Source: Candidatus Dojkabacteria bacterium
GTDB taxonomy: Bacteria > Patescibacteriota > Dojkabacteria > SC72
Length of the DNA: 64,000 nucleotides
NCBI GenBank assembly: GCA_012513575.1
Contig: JAAZBX010000002.1
Location: 33,830 to 97,829 of the forward strand
Reading direction: 5' to 3'
Of the stretch, positions 16,141 through 27,443 are shown one piece after another. The position numbers and the translations under genes were made by a program. The number at the start of each line of letters is the position of its first letter. Position 1 is the first letter of the stretch. A model generated the notes under the pieces. That model saw only the letters and a list, made by a program, of their open reading frames with translations. It was not told where the DNA came from and did no database searches.

Positions 16141-17736
16141 TTAAGACCTATCGACAAACTCAATTTTCGAATCAATCTTTGGGGACTGAATCCTTTTTAA
16201 CAATGAATTCCATATAGGATCTTTCATATTTAAATTCTTTAACCACTCATAAACGAGAACTCTGTACGCAATATGACCTCCATTTCTAGATCTAAGATTA
16301 ATAACATACTGAAGGTCATCATAAGAACCATACATAATGTATTTTGTAGCGTGAGCATGAGGTAATAAATATTTTGTATATTCATTACAAACTTCTTCAG
16401 ATAAAACTTTTTTTGCTTTCTCTCTCCATGATTTAATCATCGAGTAGGTCTCTTCCAAAACCTCTTGATACTCTTCCTTCAAAATTTTTAATTGAGGAAT
16501 ATCCAAATAGTTACACAAAAAGAAACAATCTTCTTCTCTACGAGCTAATTCCTGATCCATATCAATTTCATCGTGTAAAATTGGTATAAAACGTTCTAAA
16601 CTTCTATGCCTATTTAAATCTTTTAAGGTACCCAGTGTTGCAAATCCTTCTATCTTAACAGCTCCGCTTTGGGCAACATTCCCAACTGTTCTGTGCTGAT
16701 TGTGATGTTCGGAAAGTACTTCCCCTATAAATTCTTGGTCCTCTTGATCAAAGCTATACTCTTTAATGGAACCTAACGGGTTTAGTAGTGCTTCATAATG
16801 TGTTAATAAGCACTCCGTTAAATCCGGAGAGTAACTCACCTTAATTGAACTAGATTCCGAATCAGGGAATGTTGGTATTTGCTTTCTATCTAAGTTATTT
16901 TTAAGATAATCTAGAATTTCTCTTGTTGAATTCCTCCTACTACTGTTTGATTCGGTATGACGTATCAAATTATCCGCCTCTCTTATATACCCCCTTGCAT
17001 CTAAGTCCGATTCTCCAAGTAAGTTCAGAACTAAGTCTGCAACTTCATTGTCTACAATGCTGTCTCCACCAAATAGGTACCCAATAAAATCGGACCATGC
17101 CCGAGCAGATAAAACTAAAGCATCACTTGTACTTAAGCCAACTGGAAGCAAATATCTTGCAACATCAAAAGATCTCGCTTTAAGAGAAGCACACTCCTGA
17201 GAACTTTCTTCATTTATTTTAAAATGTTTGGATAATTGCTCTTTTGTAGATTTAAGCAATTTCTTATAATCCGAAAGTTGTTTAAAAATTATCTTTTCGT
17301 ATTCCTTTCGAATTTCTTGTTTAGAACAAACTTCATTTGGAATTTTAATAAAGTTTGGATCTGAGAAATCTTGATACCTGGTAGATCTTTCTTGACCAGC
17401 AATAACTGGATTAATATAAAAAAACTTCATTCCAGTAATAATCGGGATGTTCTCAATACATACAAAAAGCTCCGCCATATCACCCACAGATTTGTGGCCA
17501 TATCCTGCAAAGATTTTTTCTAACCTTTCTGAGGCATCTGTTCCCGTATTAATTACCTCAGAAGCTATGTCTAAAATTGAGTCAGAGGATCTACTGTACC
17601 TTGCACCAAGATATGCGTTTATGGCGGGTTGTTTTGCGTTACAATTTTGTAACAGAGAGTGAACAACCATTCTATTCCATGATGATTCCGATTTAATTGT
17701 AGCAATATTTAAATCCTGCCTAAAGATTAGTTTCAT
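16141..17736 (-). CDS. thyX: Tandem-duplicated (pseudo-dimeric) FAD-dependent thymidylate synthase ThyX-like protein
   Basis: The N-terminal half aligns with ThyX through GARYS...GHKS...QERSTRY (E.S.RY motif), but RHR is replaced by YIN. The C-terminal half has RHRS and LLPHAHATKY...LRSRNGGHIAYRV, matching the ThyX LR..HAQ.E motif. Context: dcd upstream, glyA and folD downstream. Confidence 0.55.
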   Translation of the reverse strand: MKLIFRQDLNIATIKSESSWNRMVVHSLLQNCNAKQPAINAYLGARYSRSSDSILDIASEVINTGTDASERLEKIFAGYGHKSVGDMAELFVCIENIPIITGMKFFYINPVIAGQERSTRYQDFSDPNFIKIPNEVCSKQEIRKEYEKIIFKQLSDYKKLLKSTKEQLSKHFKINEESSQECASLKARSFDVARYLLPVGLSTSDALVLSARAWSDFIGYLFGGDSIVDNEVADLVLNLLGESDLDARGYIREADNLIRHTESNSSRRNSTREILDYLKNNLDRKQIPTFPDSESSSIKVSYSPDLTECLLTHYEALLNPLGSIKEYSFDQEDQEFIGEVLSEHHNQHRTVGNVAQSGAVKIEGFATLGTLKDLNRHRSLERFIPILHDEIDMDQELARREEDCFFLCNYLDIPQLKILKEEYQEVLEETYSMIKSWREKAKKVLSEEVCNEYTKYLLPHAHATKYIMYGSYDDLQYVINLRSRNGGHIAYRVLVYEWLKNLNMKDPIWNSLLKRIQSPKIDSKIEFVDRS

Positions 17737-17737
17737 T

Positions 17738-18970
17738 TTATTGTATTCCCGGAATTTTAAATACTTTCGTAAAATTTACAATTTCTCTTCTTATCTCTTC
17801 CATTTCTTCTTTGTTCTTACTGTTTTTAATTGCTCTGTCAATGAATTGTGCTACAATCTCCATCTCCTTTTCTTTCATCCCTCTAGTAGTTAATGCTGGT
17901 GTTCCAATTCGAATACCCGATGGATCCCAGGGTTTTCTCCCGTCATTTGGAATAGCATTTTTGTTTACAGTTATTCCAACAGAATCCAGAATATCACCAA
18001 CCTCTTTACCAGAAAGTCCAACAGAAGAAACCATATCTACAAGGAAAAGATGGTTATCTGTTCCTCCAGAAATTATCTTGTAACCCAGATTTGAAAGTGA
18101 TTCCGCTAATTTTTTTGCGTTTATCACAACTTGCTGAGAATATTTCTTGAATTCATCAGTGCTTGCTTCTTTTAAAGCAACAGCTATTCCTGCCGTAATA
18201 TGGTTATGTGGCCCTCCCTGCAAACCTGGGAAAATAGCCTTATCAATTTTCTGTGCAATTTCCTCATCATTAGATAGAATCATTGCTCCCCTTGGGCCTC
18301 TAAGCGTTTTGTGAGTAGTAGTAGTAATTACATCTGCAAAACCTACTGGGGAAGGATAAACACCAGAAGCAATCAAACCAGCAACATGGGAGATATCTGC
18401 AACTAAATACGCTCCAACCTCATCTGAAATTTCTCTAAATTTTTTCCAATCAAGAATCCTTGAATATGCGGAGAATCCTGCCCATATTAGTTTTGGTTTA
18501 GCTTTTTGAGCTAGGGAGAGAATTTCATCGTAATTAATATATCCATTGCTATCCACTCCGTAGTTTACAGCATTGTAAAAACTTCCAGAGAATGAGACCT
18601 TAAACCCATGAGTCAGATGCCCACCCGAATCTAACGACATACCCATTACGGTATCTCCTAAATTTAACAAGGCAAAGCAAACTGCAAGATTTGCAGGAGA
18701 ACCAGAATAGGGTTGAACATTTGCAAAATTCACTTTAAAAAGATTCTTTGCCCTTTCGATAGCCTCAATTTCAATTTCATCAATAAATTGGTTCCCATTG
18801 TAATATCTCTTACCTGGATAACCTTCTGAATATTTATTTGTTAAAATTGAGCCCATACATTGCAGAACATCTTCTGAGACATAATTTTCAGAAGCTATCA
18901 ATTCTAACCCTTCAAATTGTCGCTGTTTCTCTTTATTTATTAATTCAAACACCTTATTATTTTGCACCAT
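17738..18970 (-). CDS. glyA: Serine hydroxymethyltransferase
   Basis: PLP-site motif TTTTHKTLRGPRGAMI and strong full-length similarity pattern. 410 aa. Confidence 0.9.
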   Translation of the reverse strand: MVQNNKVFELINKEKQRQFEGLELIASENYVSEDVLQCMGSILTNKYSEGYPGKRYYNGNQFIDEIEIEAIERAKNLFKVNFANVQPYSGSPANLAVCFALLNLGDTVMGMSLDSGGHLTHGFKVSFSGSFYNAVNYGVDSNGYINYDEILSLAQKAKPKLIWAGFSAYSRILDWKKFREISDEVGAYLVADISHVAGLIASGVYPSPVGFADVITTTTHKTLRGPRGAMILSNDEEIAQKIDKAIFPGLQGGPHNHITAGIAVALKEASTDEFKKYSQQVVINAKKLAESLSNLGYKIISGGTDNHLFLVDMVSSVGLSGKEVGDILDSVGITVNKNAIPNDGRKPWDPSGIRIGTPALTTRGMKEKEMEIVAQFIDRAIKNSKNKEEMEEIRREIVNFTKVFKIPGIQ

Positions 18971-19811
18971 CTCTGTAACATCTCATTAAATTAAGCATCA
19001 AGCACGCTATAGTCATGGGTCCTACTCCACCAGGGACAGGCGTAATGAAAGAGGGAATGCCCTGAACACTCTCCCAATTGACATCTCCAACAAATTTACC
19101 AGTCTCCGGATGCTTGTTGGACCCGACATCAATTAAAACACAATCATTTTTTAAGAAATCCGCATTGATAAAAAGAGCTTTGCCAACTGCGGATACAAGG
19201 ATATCTGCACTTCTTGAGACCTCTTCCACATTTACTGTATGTGAGTTACAAAGTGTTACCGTAGCATTTTTTTCTAGCATAAGGGCTGCAAGTGGTTTAC
19301 CAACAATCGTGCTCGAGCCTAAAATAACTACCCTTTTACCAAAAATTTTAATATTGTATGCTTCTAGAAGTTTCATTATCCCAAGTGGTGTTGCAGGAGG
19401 TATTGCTGAGGGATTTTTTTGAAAAAGCTTCCCTAGATTCGTAGGTGTTAAGCCATCAACATCTTTGGCTGGATTAATACTACCCAAAACTAAGTGCTTA
19501 TCAATGTGCTCTGGCAAAGGAAGTTGAATCATTAATCCATCAACATTTGAATCTTTGTTTAAAGAATCTACAAGGTTAACAATTTCTAGTGTATTTACTG
19601 CGTTATCTAACTGATGAACTTGTACTTGCAAGCCTATTTCTTTCGCAACTTTCTCTTTCATGCCCACATATTTTACACTCCCATAATCATCTCCAACGAG
19701 AATTACATCCAATCTTGGGACTCTAGAACCTGCATTTTTAACATTCAAAATATCAAAGGATATCTTACTCAAAATCTCCTTTGACATTTCCGCCCCATTT
19801 AAAATCTCCAT
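18957..19811 (-). CDS. folD: Bifunctional methylene-THF dehydrogenase/methenyl-THF cyclohydrolase
   Basis: VILVGDD...SVKYVGMKEK, LMIQLPLP, GKRVVILGSSTIVGKP. Overlaps glyA by 14 nt. Confidence 0.85.
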   Translation of the reverse strand: MEILNGAEMSKEILSKISFDILNVKNAGSRVPRLDVILVGDDYGSVKYVGMKEKVAKEIGLQVQVHQLDNAVNTLEIVNLVDSLNKDSNVDGLMIQLPLPEHIDKHLVLGSINPAKDVDGLTPTNLGKLFQKNPSAIPPATPLGIMKLLEAYNIKIFGKRVVILGSSTIVGKPLAALMLEKNATVTLCNSHTVNVEEVSRSADILVSAVGKALFINADFLKNDCVLIDVGSNKHPETGKFVGDVNWESVQGIPSFITPVPGGVGPMTIACLMLNLMRCYRDGAK

Positions 19812-19828
19812 TAAAAAACAGTTACAAA

Positions 19829-21649
19829 TTATTCTTTATCACTTTTTTGCTGAATAAATTCCTGATAAAACATCCCTTTAACTTTTATTAATTCATTCCA
19901 ACTCCCAAATTCTACTATCTTTCCTCCCTTAAAGTAATAGATTCTATCAAATTTATCAAGTAAGCTAATATTTCTAGTTATGTAAATTAATGATTTTTCT
20001 CTGCCCAAATATTTGAATATGTTCTCTAATATATTCTCTCCTGATTTATTGTCCACATAGGTAAAGGGTTCATCCATAATGAAAATACTCTTATTTCTGT
20101 ATAACATACGGGCAATTGCAAGCCTTTGCCAGTAGGCTGGAGACAGCTCTTTGCCTGAAGGAAATGTTTTTCCTAAAATACTCTCATCATCAACATGAAC
20201 AACTTTCTTGAATTTATTTACCCCAGCAGTTTCGATTACTGTATCATATAATTCCCTGTTTACTTTCTTTCTTTGACCAGAGATGACAACGTTTTCCCTT
20301 AGACTGAAATGGTAATTAATAAAGTCCTGAAATATTATCGAAAGCTTCTTCTTTAACTGCCCCCTATTTAACTCCTTAGTTGGAATATCATTTAGTAAGT
20401 ACTCCCCTTGTTCAACTCCATACAAACCAGTAAGAATTTTTACTACAGTGCTTTTACCAGAGCCATCTCCACCAAAGAATGCTACTTTCTCACCTGGTTC
20501 AATAATCAAACTTAAGTTATCAAGAACAGTAGTTTCGGGTTCATCTGGATAGGAGAAGGAAAGGTTCTTGAATTCCAATTTTGGTGTCCCCTTTGGAAGC
20601 CTTTTCTCCCCATGATAGACGTCTCCAAAGCCTTGGAAATTAATCAAATCAAAAAATTTATCAATATACCCTAAGTTTGTTGAGACTAAAGAAAGTGAAT
20701 TGAATATATCAGTAATACTTGTGTGAGCGACTTCGACATAGTCATAAAGGGCTTTGAAAGTACCAAAAGAAAGTTTTTTTGTAATCGATACCGCAAGAAC
20801 ATAAATTATGTAAGCATATTTAAACAGATTGCTTAAAATCCCAAAGACTGATTTTGTTTTGTAAAAAAGATATTGACTCTTGTAATAGCCATCTAAGTAT
20901 TCATCATATTCTTCTGTGTATCTCCTTTTGAGAAAATTGTAAATATTATTTACTCTTAATTCTAGGAAGTTACTTATCGTAAGGGCAAGATTCTGGACAT
21001 ATGCCAGAAATCTCAATTTCCCTACAGATTCGTCAAGGTAATCTCTTATCCTCCTCCTTCTATAATGTATGGCTAAGGCTTCTGGGATTACAAATGCCAC
21101 TAAAAGGATAACAGTAGGTCCGACCTCTCCCGCAAGTATAATTACAGCAGAAAGAAGTCTAACAACATTACTAAGTATTATCGAGAAATTATCATATACG
21201 TCTACAATTCTTCCGATGGAAAAAGAGGGTGCAAATGCGAGCATATCTTGAAATTGTTTTTTCTCCACATCTTGGAGATTTGAATTCGCGACTTTAGATA
21301 TCATCATTGTTTGGGATTCACTCCACACTTTTTCATAAATTACGGTGTATAGGTATGCTCGAAGTTGGGTGCAGATGTGTTTAACTACCCAGAGGAGAAA
21401 AATTATCATAAGAAATTTAAATGAATCAGAGACCAAGAAGAGTTTAAAATCAAAACCGTTCCAATTTAGGAGAATGTCGGCTGTTGCATCAATAAATCTT
21501 CCTAAAATTTTAATCCCATAGATTTCGGAAGCAGTTGAAATAATAAATAAAAAATCCCTAGATACAGAGACAACTGTATACTTACCATAAACAAAAGATA
21601 GTACTTTCTTTAAAGTTGAAATTTTTTTTACTAACTTTTCCGACAACAT
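19829..21649 (-). CDS. ABC exporter, fused permease/ATP-binding protein
   Basis: N-terminal 6-TM domain. C-terminal NBD with Walker A GGDGSGKST, an atypical signature region (LSPAYWQRLAIAR) and Walker B IFIMDEP. The likely start is the ATG at 21649 (MLSEKLVKK); the ORF extends to 21754. Confidence 0.7.
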   Translation of the reverse strand: MLSEKLVKKISTLKKVLSFVYGKYTVVSVSRDFLFIISTASEIYGIKILGRFIDATADILLNWNGFDFKLFLVSDSFKFLMIIFLLWVVKHICTQLRAYLYTVIYEKVWSESQTMMISKVANSNLQDVEKKQFQDMLAFAPSFSIGRIVDVYDNFSIILSNVVRLLSAVIILAGEVGPTVILLVAFVIPEALAIHYRRRRIRDYLDESVGKLRFLAYVQNLALTISNFLELRVNNIYNFLKRRYTEEYDEYLDGYYKSQYLFYKTKSVFGILSNLFKYAYIIYVLAVSITKKLSFGTFKALYDYVEVAHTSITDIFNSLSLVSTNLGYIDKFFDLINFQGFGDVYHGEKRLPKGTPKLEFKNLSFSYPDEPETTVLDNLSLIIEPGEKVAFFGGDGSGKSTVVKILTGLYGVEQGEYLLNDIPTKELNRGQLKKKLSIIFQDFINYHFSLRENVVISGQRKKVNRELYDTVIETAGVNKFKKVVHVDDESILGKTFPSGKELSPAYWQRLAIARMLYRNKSIFIMDEPFTYVDNKSGENILENIFKYLGREKSLIYITRNISLLDKFDRIYYFKGGKIVEFGSWNELIKVKGMFYQEFIQQKSDKE

Positions 21650-21684
21650 ATAAGATATAATAACACGAGAGGAAGGAAGATTGC

Positions 21685-22140
21685 ATGAGAGACAATAAAT
21701 ATTTAGAAAATATTTTGTGGGATTTATGGGACAATAACTTTTGCGATGTTCCAAGAAAGAATTTAGTTGTAATTAAATTTGGCAAATTTTCTAAAAGGCA
21801 GCTTGGGAGCATTAAACTCGCAAATGGTAGGACTAAAATTAAAAGTTTAATTCGGAAAAAAGAAGATGAATTGAATGTTCAAGATGATAAAAGTATTACT
21901 GTTGTTACAGTTACAAGATTTTTTCAAAAAGATGTGGTCCCAGAATTCGTTGTCAGGGCAACTATTGCACATGAGCTCTGTCATTACACTCACGGATTTC
22001 AATCTCCTCTGGAAAAGAAATTTGATAAACCACATCAAGGGAATATCATAAATAAGGAATTAGCAAAAAGAGGATTGCTTGAAGAAGAAAAGAAGGCTGA
22101 TAAGTGGCTAAAAGAGAATTGGTTAAAAATTGTATATTAA
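21685..22140 (+). CDS. DUF45/YgjP-like zinc metallohydrolase (HExxH)
   Basis: KRQLGSIKLANG..., IAHELCHYTHG (HExxH), and the C-terminal KWLKENW pattern typical of DUF45. Confidence 0.4.
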   Translation: MRDNKYLENILWDLWDNNFCDVPRKNLVVIKFGKFSKRQLGSIKLANGRTKIKSLIRKKEDELNVQDDKSITVVTVTRFFQKDVVPEFVVRATIAHELCHYTHGFQSPLEKKFDKPHQGNIINKELAKRGLLEEEKKADKWLKENWLKIVY

Positions 22141-22166
22141 AAAAGGGACTCTTTTGAGTCCCTTTT
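22141..22166. terminator. Bidirectional intrinsic terminator between the DUF45 gene (+) and groEL (-)
   Basis: AAAA-GGGACTC-TTTT-GAGTCCC-TTTT: a 7-bp GC-rich stem with a 4-nt loop flanked by A-run and T-run. Confidence 0.65.
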
Positions 22167-22185
22167 ACAGCCACAAATATCCGTA

Positions 22186-23826
<1,641 letters not shown>

Positions 23827-23836
23827 TTAATCAAAA

Positions 23837-24136
23837 TTATTTAATTACTGCAAGAACATCTCCTGCATCTAATAAGAGAAATCTTTCTCCATCAATTTCT
23901 AATTCATCAGGAGAATATTTTTTGAAATATACTCTATCACCAACTTTTACGTTAAATTCCATTTGTTTCCCTTTAACCTTTCCCTCACCCAATTTGACTA
24001 TAATTCCTGTTTCTGGTTTCTGGTCCTCAGTTGATGTAGGAGGTAAAATAAGGCCTCCTGTAGTTTTTTCATCAACTTTATCAGGAGAGACAAGAACACG
24101 GCTACCAATAGGCGTAATTTTTATATCTTTAGACAT
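23837..24136 (-). CDS. groS: Co-chaperonin GroES
   Basis: 99 aa, KPLGDRVLV-type start (TPIGSRVLV) and mobile loop TTGGLILP. Confidence 0.95.
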   Translation of the reverse strand: MSKDIKITPIGSRVLVSPDKVDEKTTGGLILPPTSTEDQKPETGIIVKLGEGKVKGKQMEFNVKVGDRVYFKKYSPDELEIDGERFLLLDAGDVLAVIK

Positions 24137-24142
24137 TTTATA

Positions 24143-24169
24143 CTAGCAGATAAAATTAACGATTGCTAA
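24143..24169 (-). promoter_or_regulatory. CIRCE-like HrcA operator upstream of groES (variant half-sites)
   Basis: Gene-strand sequence TTAGCAATC-GTTAATTTT-ATCTGCTAG (9-N9-9 inverted repeat) lies 7 nt upstream of the groES start. It shares TTAGCAA..-N9-ATCTGCTA. with the hrcA upstream element. Confidence 0.5.
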
Positions 24170-24198
24170 TTGTAGCATAAGAGAGTCCAGATATTCAA
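24169..24198 (-). promoter_or_regulatory. Putative groES promoter: TTGAAT-N18-TACAAT
   Basis: On the gene strand, TTGAAT (24198-24193), an 18-nt spacer, and TACAAT (24174-24169). The predicted TSS falls at the start of the CIRCE-like repeat, which is the classical arrangement. Confidence 0.45.
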
Positions 24199-24238
24199 GC
24201 CCTAATTATGAAATATTGTGTTTGAAATACTATCTTGC

Positions 24239-24838
24239 CTAGAAACTCCCCTTTAAAACCACTGAGTCAAACAGAAGGTCGATATTAATTATATCTTTCC
24301 CTAAAAAGCCATTTTCTAATACCAATACTAAAGCATCACTTATTCCTTTGTTAATTTTTTCTAAAATATTTTTAGATAGAAACAAAGGTACTTTCATATC
24401 ACCTAAATATATATTCCTTGAATAAAGTTCTGCTGTTTCCCTGCTGTCTTTTACAATATCCAATCCCAACCAAGGTAGTTGAATATTATTAAATTTAGAA
24501 TGAATAAATAGCTTCCAAATACCTTTTTGGGAATCAAGACAAATATCTTGAATATCTAACTCAGAAGAGGAGTTAATTGAATCATAGAGGATGATTAGAA
24601 TCTCTTTTTTGGTAAAAGTAACAAATTCTGAGAAATAATCAGATAATACAAAATCCTTAATTTTTTCTGAAATATTAAGCTCCTCTGATTGATCTAATTC
24701 CTCTTCATCAGAGATACAAATGATATTAGTATTTGACTCAAAACCCTTTATCCAAGAAGAGTATCTAATTATTAGATACCCTATGAAAGACACAATTAAT
24801 AACAAGATTATGCAAAATATAAATAAAAATTTTTTCAT
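24239..24838 (-). CDS. Membrane-anchored hypothetical protein
   Basis: N-terminal TM (FLFIFCIILLLIVSFIGYLII). Lies immediately downstream of murJ on the same strand. Confidence 0.4.
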   Translation of the reverse strand: MKKFLFIFCIILLLIVSFIGYLIIRYSSWIKGFESNTNIICISDEEELDQSEELNISEKIKDFVLSDYFSEFVTFTKKEILIILYDSINSSSELDIQDICLDSQKGIWKLFIHSKFNNIQLPWLGLDIVKDSRETAELYSRNIYLGDMKVPLFLSKNILEKINKGISDALVLVLENGFLGKDIINIDLLFDSVVLKGSF

Positions 24839-24841
24839 TAA

Positions 24842-26647
24842 TTAAAACTTTTTAAATATCTTTTTCCAATAATAAATAACTTTATCTTCGTAGAAATCTA
24901 TTTCTTTAATTCCTAACACTTTTGATCCAAGCCAATATGATAAGACACCATAGAAAGATGTCGCAATTGTTAAAATAATTATTGATACTGTTCTGGTTGT
25001 ATCAAGTTTGAAATCAAACAATCTGAAAACAAGATACATCCCAAAAGACATCAAGGCAACATTGATGAACTTTACTATCATTGGGGAAATAGTTTCTCTA
25101 AAAGAAAAAACCTTTATCTTTCTATTTAACATTGTCATAAGAATCACAACTTCAACAAAAGCAGCAATGCTTAGGCTCAATGAGAGACCTCCTACAGCCA
25201 TATCGGATTCCCCCCTTGTAGTACACCATTTCACAATATCCCCAAGGAAAGACTTTAAGACTTCAAGTAATCCATTACCATTTGCAGAGGAAATCTGAGA
25301 TCCAATCTGTTGTAATATTGGTCTCCAGTCAAAATAATGACTTAGAAAATTAGTTAGAAGAAAAGCAAAAGTAATATTTACTAAAATCCCTACTCCCAAT
25401 GCAAAAAAGGGTAACCATGTAGATTTAAGGGCATAGAACGCTCTCAATAGTAATTGAGACAAAGTTTGTCCTATTATTGCTACAGATAAAAGGACAAGAC
25501 ACCATGCAGTCAACAGAGTGGCCGTCCAATCAAACTCACCAACACCATAAACCAACCTTACAATAGGAAGTCTTAATATTAGCAAAATACCTACTAATGG
25601 AAGAACCAAAAAGAGGGCCTGTTGCAACGATTTATTAAGAATCTTTTTGAATTCTTGAGGATCATCTGCACTCTCAGATAATTCGGGAAGAATTGATTGT
25701 GCTATAGCACTTCCAATAATGTTAACCGGAAACAAATAAAGGCTTAAGGCGAATTTATATGCACTTAATGCCCCTGCTTTCAGAGAGAAGCTTATCATCG
25801 TATTCACAATCACATTCACTTGCTCTCCAAAAGTAGAGAACATTTTTGGGAGAGCTAACTTCAGTGCTCTCCAAATTTGTGTATCCTTTAGCGCATTGAC
25901 TAGTCCCAATATTGAGAATTTTATCTTTTCAGAAAAATATTTCTTAAGAGGTGGTATCTGAATTGTGAAATGCAGAAAAGATCCTAAAAGAGCTGATAAG
26001 GCAATACCTGTTACATCCATTTTAAGGATTGAAACAAAAAAAATCGGTCCCAATACCATTGCTATGTTATATATTAGAGGGGCTAAAGATGTAACAAAGA
26101 ACTGTTTTCTTGACTGAAGATATCCAGTTACAATTGTACTTATACCGAGAAGGACAGGAGAGATCATCATTATTCTTGTTAATTTAACAAACAGCTCCAT
26201 GTCATTAGGAGTAATCCTGTTGTTAAAATTTGATATATTTTGAAAGAGATCTGAGGAAATGAGGAATTGGGAGATTTGTGGAGCGAATACAAATAGTATT
26301 AGTGCAATAAACATGACTAAGGATGAGATTGCAATCATCAAATTGAGGAAGAACTTATTAAGCTCCTTCTCTCCTTCACTTTTGAATACAGACGAGAACA
26401 AAGGGATTATGGCCGCATTCAACGATCCGGCAATAACTATCATAAAAAGAGCATCTGGAATGGTAAAAGCTGCCCAAAAAATATCTAACTCATGAGAGGC
26501 TCCAAATAACTGAGCAATTATTCTTAATTTTAAGAAACCGAGTATCTTTGTGATAAAAAGCAATACCATCATTGCATATATGCTATTTCTCTTTTTTAAG
26601 CCGTCAGCCATAAGAATAAGTATTAGTTGATATGTGCCTAATATCAT
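24842..26647 (-). CDS. murJ: Lipid II flippase MurJ
   Basis: LGFLKLRIIAQLFGASHELDIFWAAFTIPD matches the MurJ N-terminal signature. 14 TM. The start may be the internal Met (MADGLKK) at 26611. Confidence 0.8.
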   Translation of the reverse strand: MILGTYQLILILMADGLKKRNSIYAMMVLLFITKILGFLKLRIIAQLFGASHELDIFWAAFTIPDALFMIVIAGSLNAAIIPLFSSVFKSEGEKELNKFFLNLMIAISSLVMFIALILFVFAPQISQFLISSDLFQNISNFNNRITPNDMELFVKLTRIMMISPVLLGISTIVTGYLQSRKQFFVTSLAPLIYNIAMVLGPIFFVSILKMDVTGIALSALLGSFLHFTIQIPPLKKYFSEKIKFSILGLVNALKDTQIWRALKLALPKMFSTFGEQVNVIVNTMISFSLKAGALSAYKFALSLYLFPVNIIGSAIAQSILPELSESADDPQEFKKILNKSLQQALFLVLPLVGILLILRLPIVRLVYGVGEFDWTATLLTAWCLVLLSVAIIGQTLSQLLLRAFYALKSTWLPFFALGVGILVNITFAFLLTNFLSHYFDWRPILQQIGSQISSANGNGLLEVLKSFLGDIVKWCTTRGESDMAVGGLSLSLSIAAFVEVVILMTMLNRKIKVFSFRETISPMIVKFINVALMSFGMYLVFRLFDFKLDTTRTVSIIILTIATSFYGVLSYWLGSKVLGIKEIDFYEDKVIYYWKKIFKKF

Positions 26648-26723
26648 ATTCTAAACAAAGTTTTTTATCAATTACAGCAGAGTTTTAAGTTGTATTTAAT
26701 TATTCTCACTTAATATTTGATAT

Positions 26724-27443
26724 ATGGATATCTTGGACATACTATTCCCCAAATCTTGTGTCATTTGTTCAAAACATGGAGATTATTTATGCAATAGATG
26801 TAAGAAATTATTTAAAAAAAGTCTTCCTGAATGTTACAGATGCAGAAAAATCTCCCCAAATTATCTCACCCACAAGAAATGTGCAAAAATTTCTTCGTTA
26901 GATTCGGTTGCTGTTTTGTGGGAATATAATGAACTTTCTTCAACAGTATTAAAGAAATACAAATATGGAGGGGTTCTAGATATCGAAGATACTTTTTTAG
27001 AATTAATAGAAAAAAGGTTGAGTGAAATAAAGGAGAGCATCATTTTGGGCTCAAAAACTTTAGTCTCTCCCGTTCCGATATCAAAGAATAGACTCAGAGA
27101 GAGGGGTTTTAATCAAACAGAAAAAATTGCAGAAGTAATTTCTAAAGAATTAAACCGCACCTTTATGACTGATTTGATAATGAGAAAAAATAGTGATTCT
27201 ATTCACCAATCTCTTCTCTCAAAAGAGGAAAGACTCTTTCATAAAGAAGGATTCTTTGTCCCAAATGGGAATTTATTGAAAAGTATAACAGATATACTTA
27301 TTATTGACGATGTAATTACCACTGGTTCTACTTTAGAACAGATCACAAAATGTATTAAGAAAGTAGTTCCCAAGATGTCCGTAAAATCAATATGTATATT
27401 CAGAGGAAAACCGTATTACAAAAGACAGGAGCCTATACAATGA
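26724..27443 (+). CDS. comFC: ComF family protein (ComFC-like phosphoribosyltransferase with N-terminal zinc finger)
   Basis: CxxC-x-CxxC N-terminus and the PRTase motif IIDDVITTGSTL. Confidence 0.75.
   Translation: MDILDILFPKSCVICSKHGDYLCNRCKKLFKKSLPECYRCRKISPNYLTHKKCAKISSLDSVAVLWEYNELSSTVLKKYKYGGVLDIEDTFLELIEKRLSEIKESIILGSKTLVSPVPISKNRLRERGFNQTEKIAEVISKELNRTFMTDLIMRKNSDSIHQSLLSKEERLFHKEGFFVPNGNLLKSITDILIIDDVITTGSTLEQITKCIKKVVPKMSVKSICIFRGKPYYKRQEPIQ

Noticed and set aside
21650-21754. 35-aa Cys-rich N-terminal extension of the ABC exporter ORF
   Set aside because: An internal ATG at 21649 gives an N-terminus consistent with ABC exporter TMDs. The extension overlaps the divergent DUF45 gene and is probably non-coding.
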